A stretch of DNA of 63,869 nt, counting the filler, from Lenisia limosa (taxonomy: Eukaryota; Protista; Breviatea): NCBI GenBank assembly GCA_001655205.1. It is 14 parts of 14 records of this genome, joined end to end, with 100 filler letters (N's around TTAATTAATTAA, not from the genome) between each part and the next. Parts side by side here need not be neighbours in the genome. Positions count along the whole stretch, not along the records: positions 20,442 to 32,966 come from LPNZ01008788.1; positions 33,067 to 34,280 come from LPNZ01005546.1; positions 34,381 to 36,160 come from LPNZ01010146.1; positions 36,261 to 37,458 come from LPNZ01009943.1; positions 37,559 to 42,551 come from LPNZ01010910.1; 9 more parts are not named here. The stretch is one strand, 5' to 3'. Positions 25,260-37,559 of this stretch are shown here, in pieces (position 1 is the first letter of the stretch; each line of letters begins with the position of its first letter). The notes under the pieces were generated by a model. The model saw only the letters and a program-made list of their open reading frames with translations, did no database searches and was not told where the DNA came from. A program made the position numbers and the translations under genes.

Positions 25260-28200
25260 AAGCCTCAACAGAGGGTTGAGCCTCGGGGTCAAAGTATAAA
25301 CACTTCCACGTACTACACATATTTGTATTTTTCACTGTTGTGAATGTTATTTTTGGAATAATGCATTTCTCGCTCTCCCAAAAAAGGAAAGCGTTGTTTC
25401 AGGTGCTGCTGTGAAAATTTGCCTATTAACCCACATCCATAGTTGAGGTGGAGCTGGTGTATAGGTCGGGGTTCTTCTCGCCCCTCTTTCGCTTGTTCAG
25501 CTCCTTGAACTCCAATACCACCACGATTCCTAAATGGTCAGTGTTGGGGGGGGGGGGGGNNNNNNNNNNNNNNNNNNNNNNNNNNNNNNNNNNNNNNNNN
25601 NNNNNNNNNNNNNNNNNNNNNNNNNNNNNNNNNNNNNNNNNNNNNNNNNNNNNNNNNNNNNNNNNNNNNNNNNNNNNNNNNNNNNNNNNNNNNNNNNNNN
25701 NNNNNNNNNNNNNNNNNNNNNNNNNNNNNNNNNNNNCATGGGGGGTGTGGACTTTCCCCCATTCTCATTTCCATGATAATACAATTAAATATCTTCGTCA
25801 AAACAGTGTCCAATAAAGACTTTGTCAAAACAGTGTCCAATAAAGTCTTTGTCAAGCGCCAACCCACCGATGAAGATGATGTTGCCGAATATGAAACAGA
25901 GGACCAGGGTGGAGAGTGTGTTCTGATAGGCTGAGGAGTCATCAAGGTCCCTGAATACCTAAGGGATTAGGGTGAGTAGAAATTAAGGCGTTAAGGGTAG
26001 TGAGGCTTTGGGGGGGGGGGGCTTTACAGAGNNNNNNNNNNNNNNNNNNNNNNNNNNNNNNNNNNNNNNNNNNNNNNNNNNNNNNNNNNNNNNNNNNNNN
26101 NNNNNNNNNNNNNNNNNNNNNNNNNNNNNNNNNNNNNNNNNNNNNNNNNNNNNNNNNNNNNNNNNNNNNNNNNNNNNNNNNNNNNNNNNNNNNNNNNNNN
26201 NNNNNNNNNNNNNNNNNNNTCAAGATGGTTGAGATTGTCAATGGTGAAGGGGTACATGCGAGAGTGGAACTGCAATGACAGCTATAGGCAATCAGACGTG
26301 AGAAAAGACGAACAACAGCAAGATATTCAGTTTATCCGCACCTGAAGGACGAAGATGCCAGCAAGGGCCTGTAGCGATGGATGTGCAGTGAGGAAGACGT
26401 AGCACACAACAACGCCCAGCTTCCGTAACAGAATCGCGATTTCCCATAGGTAGTATGCGGGCAGATACCGACTGTAGAGGAAACCGAATCTGGGGGGTCA
26501 AGAACAGTTTAGCGGGCACTTTATTCTAGAATTTTCGTGATAATACAATTGAAATGGTTGAAACAGCGTTTCCAAGCCTATCATCATAGCGTTAAACCCA
26601 ATAAAATACACCCACCTATGAAACACACGGTCCTCATGCACCCTCCCTTGGCAGCCCCGTAGTAGTAGGAAGAAGAGCACTGGTATGCCCACAACAATGA
26701 CGACACAACCAAACAAGGCATATGGCATGTTGGCGTTATGACGGCCCCTGAATAGGTTAATCTACTGTCAAATGTTAGACGTAGGACATGATTACTTTGG
26801 GCTTTCCTAAGGTCCCAAAGATTACATGCATGTCTAACATAGTTATATCACATCGTAGGTCCCCCTGAAAGCTTAAATGATAAGATGTGGTATGCAGGTA
26901 TTCAACTTATACATGTAATATATAGCATATCATTATGATTTATACGTACAATACCCAAATTGCTTTTGAAGTTACGAAATAGAATAAAATACCCAAAATA
27001 AAAACCTGAGCACTCAAAATACCGGGATGAGGGTTACATTATTAGGAAGCCGTGCAATCATTTCATAATGAATGTCACGGGTCTTTTAATATGCTTGCCT
27101 ACTCAAAACACTGGGAAGAGGGGTCGGCGTTGAGGGTCCACGAGCCGTCCGTCTGAGATGTGAGAGGGCTTCGGTCGAAAAAGACCGGTAAAATATCGAT
27201 GGTTTTCGGGAAATATCGAGAAATTCAGTCTTTTTTTGAGCCGAAGTGAAACCTTATGTGTTATCACAATAAAATATTGTAATATTCTTTGGTTATACTT
27301 TATTAATATTGTGTTTGCTTGCTTTCTAAAGGGGGAATGTGATGAGACATTTGTGGTATAAGGGGGTTTCGTAAAAGGTAAGGTACAACAGTGAGAAGTC
27401 CTGAAACGATTGACTGAGGAAAAACCTGTATCTGTCGTTCAGTGTATATGGAAGCTTCAGACTAGGATGTGTGTGGGATTAGGTGTAAGGAGTGGAATGA
27501 GCTAGGTGGGGATAAGGGAAAAGAAAACAATGCAATATGATTAGGGCTCCACTTTGGTTGGGAAAGAGCCGGGAAAGTGTCGATAAATTTCGAGGATTTT
27601 TCGAGAAATCACTCTTTTTCGAACTGAAGTGAAGCCCTAGATATGAATGACAATGAGGGTAACGCCCCACCTCGTGCGTGCAGTCGAAATACTCGAGGAT
27701 GTTGGTGGTGAAGGGGAGGTATAGTAAGTTGAGAACCGTCAGCGTTGTCCTGACTGCAGCGTCGAAGGCTATTCCCATTGGTGACGCCCTAATTTCGGTT
27801 GACTTTTTGCTGGAGTTGGTTAGAGTAAAACCCCCAGGAAATATCCATATTCTAGCAGTATTATAGACTATATAATCAAGCCCTATTCGCAGAGAATATG
27901 GAAGATTCGATTTTGCTATGAAGCTCCTTCATCAAAAAAGACACACTAGAATTTGGATTTTCGAAGAAACAAATATTCGATTTTCGTTTTCATTAATAAA
28001 AAACCTCGAAAAAGAACCAGAGAAGGAGCATACCGGGTCAAGAGAGCAAAAAGTGCGTATAAGCAGAACACTACAAAGACCAAGACAATAACAGCAACAG
28101 GCATAAGGAGCTTCATCTGGAGTGTGAGGGGTTGAGGAGCTGGGTAAGCTTAGTGACTTTACTTCATTAAATCTACGAAGCCATTTACAGATTCTAAAGT

Positions 28201-31200
28201 GTTGTATGTAGCATAAAAAAACTGCAAATCGATACATCAAAAGCATAAAAACCGTCTTATTAAATTTCAAAAAGTCTGATTTTAAGAGGTTTTTTCATGA
28301 CAATTGGAGAAGTCATCATTTTAATATAATGCCTTTTATTTTAATCAACGCCAAAAAGCCCACCTTAAACATGACGAAGAAATCCAGACCGGACGCGAAG
28401 CTGCATTCCGGTGCTGCCATCTCTAGGTTGAAGTTGGCCAGGCTCAGGTAGTGTAAAGTGTCTCGTACCTGCGGGGTGGGGGGTAAAAGAAAGGGAATTT
28501 CGATGAAAAATATTAGCAGAAAGGTACTAACCACGAACTGAAAAAGCTGAAACTCCAAACTCAAAAAAAAAATAAAATAATAAAAACAGAATCTAGTTTT
28601 CATTCACTTTCTCCCCCCCCCCCCCCAANNNNNNNNNNNNNNNNNNNNNNNNNNNNNNNNNNNNNNNNNNNNNNNNNNNNNNNNNNNNNNNNNNNNNNNN
28701 NNNNNCAGCTTGAAGGAAGTATACAGCGAAACAACCTCTGAAAATAATAAGAAACCTGGGGGGGGGGGCTCGCTTTTCAAATATCGAAAGCTTTACATAA
28801 ACTTATAGCAATATAGTCATATGATTTACACTGGCAGTGGTAAGTCGTGTGTGAGTGATGTGAATCTTTTCAAAAATTATATCCTATCATATTGGACAAA
28901 TAATTACAGTTTATGATGGCATATGGTGCCTATACGCAGGAAGCAATTCCGGACATACGGAGGAAGTTGAAGGCAATTCGCAGAGCACCCCATTTTGGCG
29001 TCCTATCAGGGCTGAGAGAGATGATATACACCACCATCACCAGGACTGCAGGGGTTAATAAGTGACTGCAGGGGTTAATAGGTTGGAATCATAGTAACGT
29101 TTTAATGGAGGCAAATACTGCCATACCGGATCGTAACCTGCATGATTCTTTTTTACTGATATGAAAGCAGTTGTTTTGGAAGAAAGAGAACAAATGTGAT
29201 TATCATTCTGAGGGAAATCTTCGTTACATTCTCGTAAAAAGTTGTTAAAAGACGTCACCGAAACTTGTCGGGTATTCGTGACAATTTTCTGGACTGGCAC
29301 CTGCTTTAATACGACCACGTACAACTTACACACAGGCTAAGTTGAAGGGAGAACCACTCACCAAATGAAACTGCGCCAAGAAGAGGGAGAAAAATGTCCG
29401 ATAACGCACTACACTCCAAACACTGCTGGTCACTCAGGTAGTACCTGGGGGGGTCAAGCCTGCATATGATGTTTACTTTTCAAGAGTATTCAAATCTCTC
29501 ACCACACCACTTCTCTCCATGCACCAGTGATTGTTTTTTCCCAATTTTAATAGTGCCTTCCACGCCCCTAATTCTAAAATACTAACATCACTCCGCCCTT
29601 GACTACATTTCACGTCCCCCAATATATACTACATAATACACAATGATATAAATATGATAGATACAGTGACCGCGACAAGTTTTGACCGAATTGCTATTTA
29701 GAAAAATCGGTCAAGACTTATCCCAGTCACTGTACATATTATACACACATCATTAAAATGCCATACTATTACCATCCATGATGATACCACCTCTCCCCAC
29801 CCTTCACTGCATTCGGCACAAAGCCTGCCGGAGTAGCCCTCAGCACAGTTGCCGAACGACATGCATGCCGACGGGTACGGACATTTGAGGAACGTGTGCG
29901 GCTCCAGTGACCATGAGTATCCTAGCGTGGGTTGGGTGATGAATATTAAAGTGATTATAGTTATAACGCCCTCACAAAGCACCCTTATGAAGGGCACACC
30001 AGCTGTAAAAAAGACGCATTTTTATTTCACTATTCTACGATAAAAGCCCAACATTGAAAGGCGAGGGGCGAGTTTCATGGTATCGAAAACCGCCCACCTT
30101 CGTCAGGAATGGGGTCAGAAGAGCCTCCAGCACAAATAGCGCCTTCAGGGCATGTAGTGCATGGTTGGGCGGTGTCCATTTCCTACCAGGTTAGTTGGGG
30201 GGGAAATCGAGAGGACCGTGAATATTGATAATATCAATGATTATATGATGTCATATGTCAACATTAAGAGTAATATTGTCATGGTTAACCACGTATTAGA
30301 GCACCAATAGTAATCCTTCAAACTCACACTGGGTTCTATGAAACATAGTTAGTATGTATAAAGCACAACCAGAGGAATAGTAGTATTACACTAGCAACAG
30401 TAACACTTATGTATATCAACCCCGCACGGTATTGGGGTCCCAGTAGTAGTTCTTGGAGCACGTGCAGTCATCAGGACTGAGGCTGCCGAAACTCAGGGTA
30501 GTCCTAGACGTGTGGCAAAGAGTGCATCTAAAGCGGGTCAGAGGATGCTGTTCAGAAAGAGTCGGTGGGGTGGCTCATCTTAAACTTTTATTCATAATGG
30601 GAGCTATTGTGGTGGACTTTATTAAACCTTCATGTAGTTACATGTATTATATATTAAAAACTATATTGGTTAAATCGGATCAATATCAACCATACACAAG
30701 CAAATACCTCTCCAACAATTTCATGATCATCTTTCCCTCCAAACTTATCAAGACTAGGTTGGCTCTTGTAAGTGCCTTCGGAACACGCAACGCACGTTGA
30801 GCCGAAAAGCTCCGTACCGGCCATGCACACACACTCCGTGCCGACACTGACAAAAGGGTCGATACAGGCACATTCAGTCCCGTTGTTGACAGCCTGCTGA
30901 CGGACTGGACATTCCTAATATGGTAATTGGGAAAGTATCGGTCATGTTCCTTAATAATCTAACGGTATGTAATTAGTCGAACCATCGTTATTTGGTAATT
31001 TTTTTTTCTGTTTCTCTTTATACTTCCTTCGACTTTTTTTTTCAAAAAAGGTTCTCAAAAAAGGAAAAAAAAAACATTCGCCTATTTCAGGCACCCGACT
31101 GGGAATACGGAGATATCATGTAATAATATGTTGCTAATCTGTTGTTAAATTTCATAATATTTTTCATACAGTATACAACACCGTATGTATTAGTCTCCCC

Positions 31201-31300
31201 CCCACAGAGCAGGCGCTGAATGACGTGTCGAGTTTGGCAAAGGTCGAGGCACATTCGGTGCATCCATCAATAAACTGCGTGCTGGCTCCGAACATTTCAT
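25260..31300 (-). CDS. Large multi-exon membrane protein: Cys-rich (GCC2/ephrin-like) ectodomain plus multi-pass C-terminal region
   Basis: CVACSEGTYKSQPS, CTLCHTSRTTLSFGSLSPDDCTCSKNYYW, CTTCPEGAICAGG, CAEGYSGRLCAECSEG, NFNLEMAAPECSF, LLYLPFTTNILEYFDC, DGSWTLNADPSSQCF, WEIAILLRKL, MYPFTIDNLNHLE. 5' end not located. Confidence 0.8.
27164..27256. mobile_element. MITE family A copy, degenerate
   Basis: gagggcttcggtcgaaaaagaccggtaaaatatcgat...ccgaagtgaaacctta; 11 nt from the minus-strand acceptor at 27153. Confidence 0.75.
27542..27639. mobile_element. MITE family A copy
   Basis: tagggctccactttggtt...aactgaagtgaagcccta; flanks aatatgat / gatatgaa (6/8). Confidence 0.8.
29150..29300 (-). repeat. 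Intronic repeat family C, copy 1
   Basis: Reverse complement (gaaaattgtcacg...aagtttcggtgacgtc...gataatcac...caaaacaactgc) aligns with 61550-61715. Confidence 0.75.
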
Positions 31301-32019
31301 AGCCTGAGTAGGTGTGATCCTTTTGATTACACCAGGAGAACAAATGTGACTAATTCCTCAATAAATCTTGAATGAATCCTAAATGGTATTATATTCGCCT
31401 CTCGGAAAAAGTGAAATCTCGAAAAGATAAAAATCAATGAAAAAAAAAGGGGGGGGGGTTGGCTAGAGACAATGTCACAGAAAGTTATTCACAAAAAATA
31501 AAAACCAAAGAAATTGATAGAAATAGACATATGGTTGGTGAAACAGTTGACTCAATTGAAATCAAAGAAACTCAGCTCTGACGTAGGGCTTGTTTGAAGT
31601 TGAGTTTCTCTTGTTGTTGCAGTAGCTTACTGGGACATCATATTGGGCTTTTGTAGTTGTAGCATGATGCCTAAACTTAAAATGCGTCTTCACTGTTGGT
31701 ATTGGCGATCATTGCATTTGACCCCCTTCACAAGGACGCTGTTAGGCCCATAACCCATGTTTTTAATGTATTTTGCATGAACTATTGAAGTGTCATGAAG
31801 GTGGTATTCTGTATGTAGGTGGGGGTGCAAAACTTCGACAAAGGGTGCTATACCTCGACACATCATGTGTCATTAGTCTGATCATTTTGCTTGCTTTAAT
31901 CAAGAAAAAACTACATAAAACAATAATAATGTACACAATTTACCCAAAGATGTAATAATTATCCAATAAATTGACTTGCAATTCTGGCAAAGTGACTGAT
32001 ATGAGTTTGAGGCTTCAAT

Positions 32020-34660
32020 GAGAGCAGGCGAGAAGAAGATGGGCCCCCAAGAGCAGCAAATCGCATTGTTTGTTGACTCAGTTTCCGCACCACTGTTTGG
32101 GATTCAGCAGGAGATTGTAATGGATTGTTCCGGCCAGAAGCTGAAGTCGAGCTCGCCAAGTCAGTGCAACATAATACCACAAGCTCAAGAAAAAAACAGG
32201 GTGGTGTTGCAGAAAAGTAAGAAACCCCCCTTTTTTTTGCTGTCGCGATCAAGAATTTTTGAGTTCAGTGCTTTTTTTTGTTTTTTTTTTGTCTCTCCCT
32301 CTTTTTAAGTTGGTTCCATCCAGGCATGGTCTGGAACATGGATGAGTCCATGGTTGACGTCTCTGCCAATGTTNNNNNNNNNNNNNNNNNNNNNNNNNNN
32401 NNNNNNNNNNNNNNNNNNNNNNNNNNNNNNNNNNNNNNNNNNNNNNNNNNNNNCGCCCACAACCGCTGTGTCGCCATCTCGGCATGCCTTGAGGCCTTCC
32501 ACACCGCCACTTCTCCTCAGAAGATCAAGAGCGACTTCTCGCCGGCGGTCTTGTGGTAACTGTGGAAGATGGGTGGGTTGTTGATCCTTCCCAGTTCACC
32601 TCCCTGGAACCACCCACTTCCTCCCTCCACTCCGAACGGCGCTTTATTCTTGTATTTTGAATACCACAGAGCTGACTGCTCTATTTGAGACAGCGAAGGA
32701 TGCCTCGGTTCAGGTAACCGAATATCGAGAGAGAGAGAGAGAGAGAGATCAATGTTTGAAATAAGAAACCCCTCAAAATAATCAAATATCATATCATAAT
32801 CACAGAAACGGCAATAGCCAACCAGGGGGACATGTGCACGCGTTGTTGAAGATAACAGAGTTCTCGGCTAGTGTTTCACATCCTTGGGTCTATGAGGGTT
32901 ATTAGGGGTAATAATATCTCAAAATTGGTGAGTAGATGGGGATAAAGTAAATGAGATGGTTTTCTTNNNNNNNNNNNNNNNNNNNNNNNNNNNNNNNNNN
33001 NNNNNNNNNNTTAATTAATTAANNNNNNNNNNNNNNNNNNNNNNNNNNNNNNNNNNNNNNNNNNNNATTTCATATCCATTACCTGATGGCATCACCCCAG
33101 ATTGGAGATCTTGACCATGACGGAGATGTCGATTTCATGACCTTCTGCGGAGGTGTGTCAAGCAACGCTGCCCGTTTCTCCGAGTCAACCTCGACCTACT
33201 CCGGTGCTTATCTTTGTAAGGGGGTGATACGTTTTTGCTGAGCATATCTTTGTCAGGGGCTTGTCTGGGAGTTTTCAGTTAAGCTTTTGTTTTTGTTGTT
33301 CTTTTTTTTTACTCCATAAATTTTCCATTTTTCACTATACGTTTTCCATATGACCCCCGCAGCCGAAGCCACCTCTGTGGATTACGATAACGACGGCACT
33401 NNNNNNNNNNNNNNNNNNNNNNNNNNNNNNNNNNNNNNNNNNNNNNNNNNNNNNNNNNNNNNNNNNNNNNNNNNNNNNNNNNNNNNNNNNNNNNNNNNNN
33501 NNNNNNNNNNNNNNNNNNNNNNNNNNNNNNNNNNNNNNNNNNNNNNNNNNNNNNNNNNNNNNNNNNNNNNNNNNNNNNNNNNNNNNNNNNNNNNNNNNNN
33601 NNNNNNNNNNNNNNCAACGACTGTTGCGCACCCAGGTTCGAATGGGCAGTTTTATCGATTCTCCATCGCAGAGTTAATTCTGGAACAATCGGAAGAGTTT
33701 TATCTCTCACACTCCTTCCCCCCTTCTCTCCCTCTTTCGCTTTTTTTTGAATTATTATTTATTCCCTCCCCCAAATCATTCTCTGCGTGACAGTTTTCAG
33801 GTCCGGCGGTGGATGCTCTGTTGACTCTGTGTCTACTTGTGTGACTTCTGCTATAAGTTTGAGGGGGGTCAGTGTTTTCTGTATTCAGCCCTTTGTTTAC
33901 CAGCCCTTTAGGTAGCTGCGCAACCACTTGGGGATCAGCTTGTGTCACCAAGGCCGAAAATACCTGTGGAGGCTGTCCTTCCCCCAGTAAGTTATTTGGC
34001 CTCTGCTACAAATAATTTTTCATACAATATATTGTGGCTTTATTTTGCTAGGTGTTAGTGCTTTCTAGCAAGTTTTCTTCATCGAAATTTCCTTTGTTTA
34101 CCCCCTCCCCCCCAGACCGTATTGGCCAGAAGTCTTTTGTTTCCAATGTCTTCCGTGCCCAATCTGCGTAAGTATGGGTGATAAGCTTTATTCAGCTTGA
34201 CCAGATTTTAGAAAAGAGGTAATAGCAAAGACATACATATGATATGTATAATTATATAACGTTTCACAAGTCTTGTTTTANNNNNNNNNNNNNNNNNNNN
34301 NNNNNNNNNNNNNNNNNNNNNNNNTTAATTAATTAANNNNNNNNNNNNNNNNNNNNNNNNNNNNNNNNNNNNNNNNNNNNTACCATACACAATATGATGG
34401 GTACAATATAATATAGAGACCTTGTTTGCTCCTATACAAGCTCCTAGTAACACCGCAGAATGGGACGTCAACCATTATTTCCAATGCCCATGACCTGGAA
34501 AACGCAAGCCCAATGTTCAAGGGACTCGCAAATTCCTTCCGTCAACACAGTCAAAACTGGACTGTTGTCGAAGCTGCGATGGCGACGTCCTTGGAAGTTT
34601 CGAGTAAAAAAGAAGGGCATATTGTCTTCCCGAGTGGGCGAGAAATGACAATATCATAGA
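32020..34660 (+). CDS. Multi-exon protein with FG-GAP/VCBS-like Ca-binding repeats
   Basis: Exon after an accccag acceptor: IGDLDHDGDVDFMTFCGG (33101-); ATSVDYDNDGT (33370-33400); strong plus-strand gtaagt donors at ~33987 and ~34168. Ends uncertain, gapped. Confidence 0.5.
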
Positions 34661-35151
34661 TCCTCATATCGGACATATTCACCCTGNNNNNNNNNNNNNN
34701 NNNNNNNNNNNNNNNNNNNNNNNNNNNNNNNNNNNNNNNNNNNNNNNNNNNNNNNNNNNNNNNNNNNNNNNNNNNNNNNNNNNNNNNNNNNNNNNNNNNN
34801 NNNNNNNNNNNNNNNNNNNNNNNNNNNNNNNNNNNNNNNNNNNNNNNNNNNNNNNNNNNNNNNNNNNNNNNNNNNNNNNNNNNNNNNNNNNNNNNNNNNN
34901 NNNNNNNNNNNNNNNNNNNNNNNNNNNNNNNNNGGATGGCTACTGGAAACTCGGCTGCTGCACTGGTATGCGTGGTATAGTAAGATATATTGAATCATGG
35001 GATAGTGTTAATTCACCCAATCATTTGCTTAACAACCCTTCATAGGTTGGAGTTTGATATGTATAGCAATGAGTAATTAAAAAAAAAAGTTGTATCTGGT
35101 AGAAGTTGTTTGATGTAGCGTAGAATGGACTACAATATATAACCCCACAAC

Positions 35152-35249
35152 TTGGGCTTCATTTCGGTTCGAAAAACGGTAAAATATCGAAAATTTCCGA
35201 GGATTTATCGAGAACTTCAGTTTTTTTTTTGAACCGAAGTGAAGCCCTA
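35152..35249. mobile_element. MITE family A copy with perfect 8-bp TSD
   Basis: Flanked by cccacaac at 35144-35151 and 35250-35257. Confidence 0.9.
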
Positions 35250-35432
35250 CCCACAACTTGTTCAACACTATTTATTAGTAGTGTATAAGGGCGCAATAGG
35301 AATTAGGAGGTACACAGAATTCCGAGTGTATGGAGCAGTCATATAGTTTTATTATCAGCACACGTCCTTGAAACATTTCCAATCTAGTTCCTGCTACTAT
35401 ACCTGGCCTGGACTTTGTTTCGTTGTTAGCAA

Positions 35433-35514
35433 CCCTCGTGTGTTGTCAGCCAACAGAGTTGATTTTGGGCTTTTTTTGTTTAATAAATTTTCCATTTTAC
35501 TCCCCCCCCCCCCC
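35433..35514 (+). repeat. Intron 3'-end repeat (family I), long copy
   Basis: ccctcgtgtgttgtcagccaacagagttgattttgggctttttttgtttaataaattttccattttactccccc; near-identical to 57410-57487 (reverse complement), 36650-36745 and 37029-37099. Confidence 0.85.
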
Positions 35515-35609
35515 NNNNNNNNNNNNNNNNNNNNNNNNNNNNNNNNNNNNNNNNNNNNNNNNNNNNNNNNNNNNNNNNNNNNNNNNNNNATTATTTTCAC
35601 CTTTTTTTC

Positions 35610-37180
35610 AGAGCGCAATTGAAGACGTCATTTTCGAGGCTCTCAGCCCAACATGTCTTGACCCCCCTCCGTCCTCCCCAAAAATGATCGGACGATCTAG
35701 GCAGCCACGGTGAGTTCTATGCTACATACATACATGATCGGGATAAGTCTACCGATTTGTGTGTTATTTCCAATCGGCCAAGGCTTATCGCGGTCACTGT
35801 ATGTACATCTTCACTCAGTTCAAAATAGATTAACTGTCGAAATACATATTATACACACACATATGCTCAAGGTCCAAAATTCTATCGTTAATTCGAATTA
35901 ATGTCGTCAATTATTTACCGTCGCCAAATCAGCTATTCCCCTTCAAAACTGTGATATATTTCTGAGAGAAACACACGTTATTTGTTTATGAAGGGAAACA
36001 AAGAAAAAAATAACCTTTCAATTTTTTTTTTTGCAAGATCGGCTAGCTAACTTTATCGCGAAAATTAATATGCGCGCCACGCTCGCGCATTTTTTTTCAG
36101 TTTATGCTCGCACTTTTCTCATAATATGTTCTTTTTTACGAGTTAAATTGTTGTGAAGTTNNNNNNNNNNNNNNNNNNNNNNNNNNNNNNNNNNNNNNNN
36201 NNNNTTAATTAATTAANNNNNNNNNNNNNNNNNNNNNNNNNNNNNNNNNNNNNNNNNNNNAGTGAGCAAAGAGCCGCTACCGAGAGAAGCCTCCAAGTTA
36301 GCCGATTAAAGATGATCAGGGAGATGCGTGAGGGACAAGTGGGGGGGGCTTTTTGTTGTTTTTGTTATTTTTGAGCTTTTCACTTTCCAACTTAGTTAAT
36401 TCTGGTGTTATATTTGACCTTCGTGTGTTACCCAGGCCAAAGATGTTGATTCTGTGTTTTTTTTTGTTTCATAAATTTCCCATTTAACCCCATATGCTGA
36501 AGTGATGGGATGCGGTGCTGNNNNNNNNNNNNNNNNNNNNNNNNNNNNNNNNNNNNNNNNNNNNNNNNNNNNNNNNNNNNNNNNNNNNNNNNNNNNNNNN
36601 NNNNNNNNNNNNNNNNNNNNNNNNNNNNNNNNNNNNNNNNNNNNNNNNNACAGAGTTGATTTTGGGCTTTTTTTGTTTCAAAAATTTTCTTCTCTTACCC
36701 CCCACCCCTCCTCCCCCTTTTTTTTCTCTTTTTTTGGCTCCCATTCACGTACACCCTGCAGAGGCAACTGGCCGACAGAGCCAAGCAGGTGGCAACAATG
36801 GTGACAGAGCTGCAGCAGTACCACTCTTTGGATATGGCAGAGAGCCTTGGGGACAGGTGCAAACAAGTAGGGGGGGATGAGTGTAAAATGTATATGATAT
36901 GTATCAATGTGTTTATTTGTGTTTGTGTCTGTTTTTTCATACATGAATATGTGTGGGTTGGGGGGAAATTGTGTGTATAATACGTATCAAAATTCCAACC
37001 TTTCCCTCTGATTGGATGCGTTGCTACAGAAGCGACCAACAAAGTTGATTTTGGGCTTTTTTGTTTCATAAATTTCCCTCTTTACCCCCGTTCCCGCAGC
37101 TCCAAGCTGTTATTGAAACTACCGAACAGAATTTGACCGAGTTACAAGCCCACGAAGTGCTTTTTGGTTTTGAGGTGGGA
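35610..37180 (+). CDS. Exons of hypothetical coiled-coil protein(s); may be two genes
   Basis: ag/gt-bounded exons SAIEDVIFEALSP..., EQRAATERSLQVSRLKMIRE, RQLADRAKQVATMVTELQQY..., LQAVIETTEQNLTELQAHEVLFGFE. Confidence 0.45.
36650..37099 (+). repeat. Family I copies at the 3' ends of two consecutive introns (36650-36745, 37029-37099); a further copy at 36419-36491
   Basis: agttgattttgggcttttttgtttca.aaattt.c..tttacccc leading to the gcag acceptor. Confidence 0.8.
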
Positions 37181-37335
37181 GAGGTAACTATTACTATTAC
37201 TACTACTACGAGACTACTTCTAATACTAATACAACTGCTACTCCTACAGCAACTAGTATTAATAATAATAATAATATAAATATATGACAAGCCTATGGGG
37301 GGATGGGGGACTACCCAAGATTGTCTATTTTATGG

Positions 37336-37458
37336 TGCGGATGGCTTCGGCTTCTCATTGCTATGGCACGCAGAAAGCTGTGTACACAGAGTTGTCAGGC
37401 AAATGATTGGGTGCTGTACTATAATCATTACAATCATTATAAGCGTGATGGTGTGGAC
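37336..37458 (+). repeat. Intronic repeat family B, copy 3 (permuted order)
   Basis: atggcttcggcttctcattgcta precedes gcagaaagctgtgtacacagagttgtcaggcaaatgattggg...agcgtgatggtgtg. Confidence 0.75.
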
Positions 37459-37559
37459 NNNNNNNNNNNNNNNNNNNNNNNNNNNNNNNNNNNNNNNNNN
37501 NNTTAATTAATTAANNNNNNNNNNNNNNNNNNNNNNNNNNNNNNNNNNNNNNNNNNNNC

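Noticed and set aside
37185-37290. (TAC)n/(AAT)n microsatellite; also (GA)n at ~32726
   Set aside because: Ordinary simple repeats in non-coding sequence.
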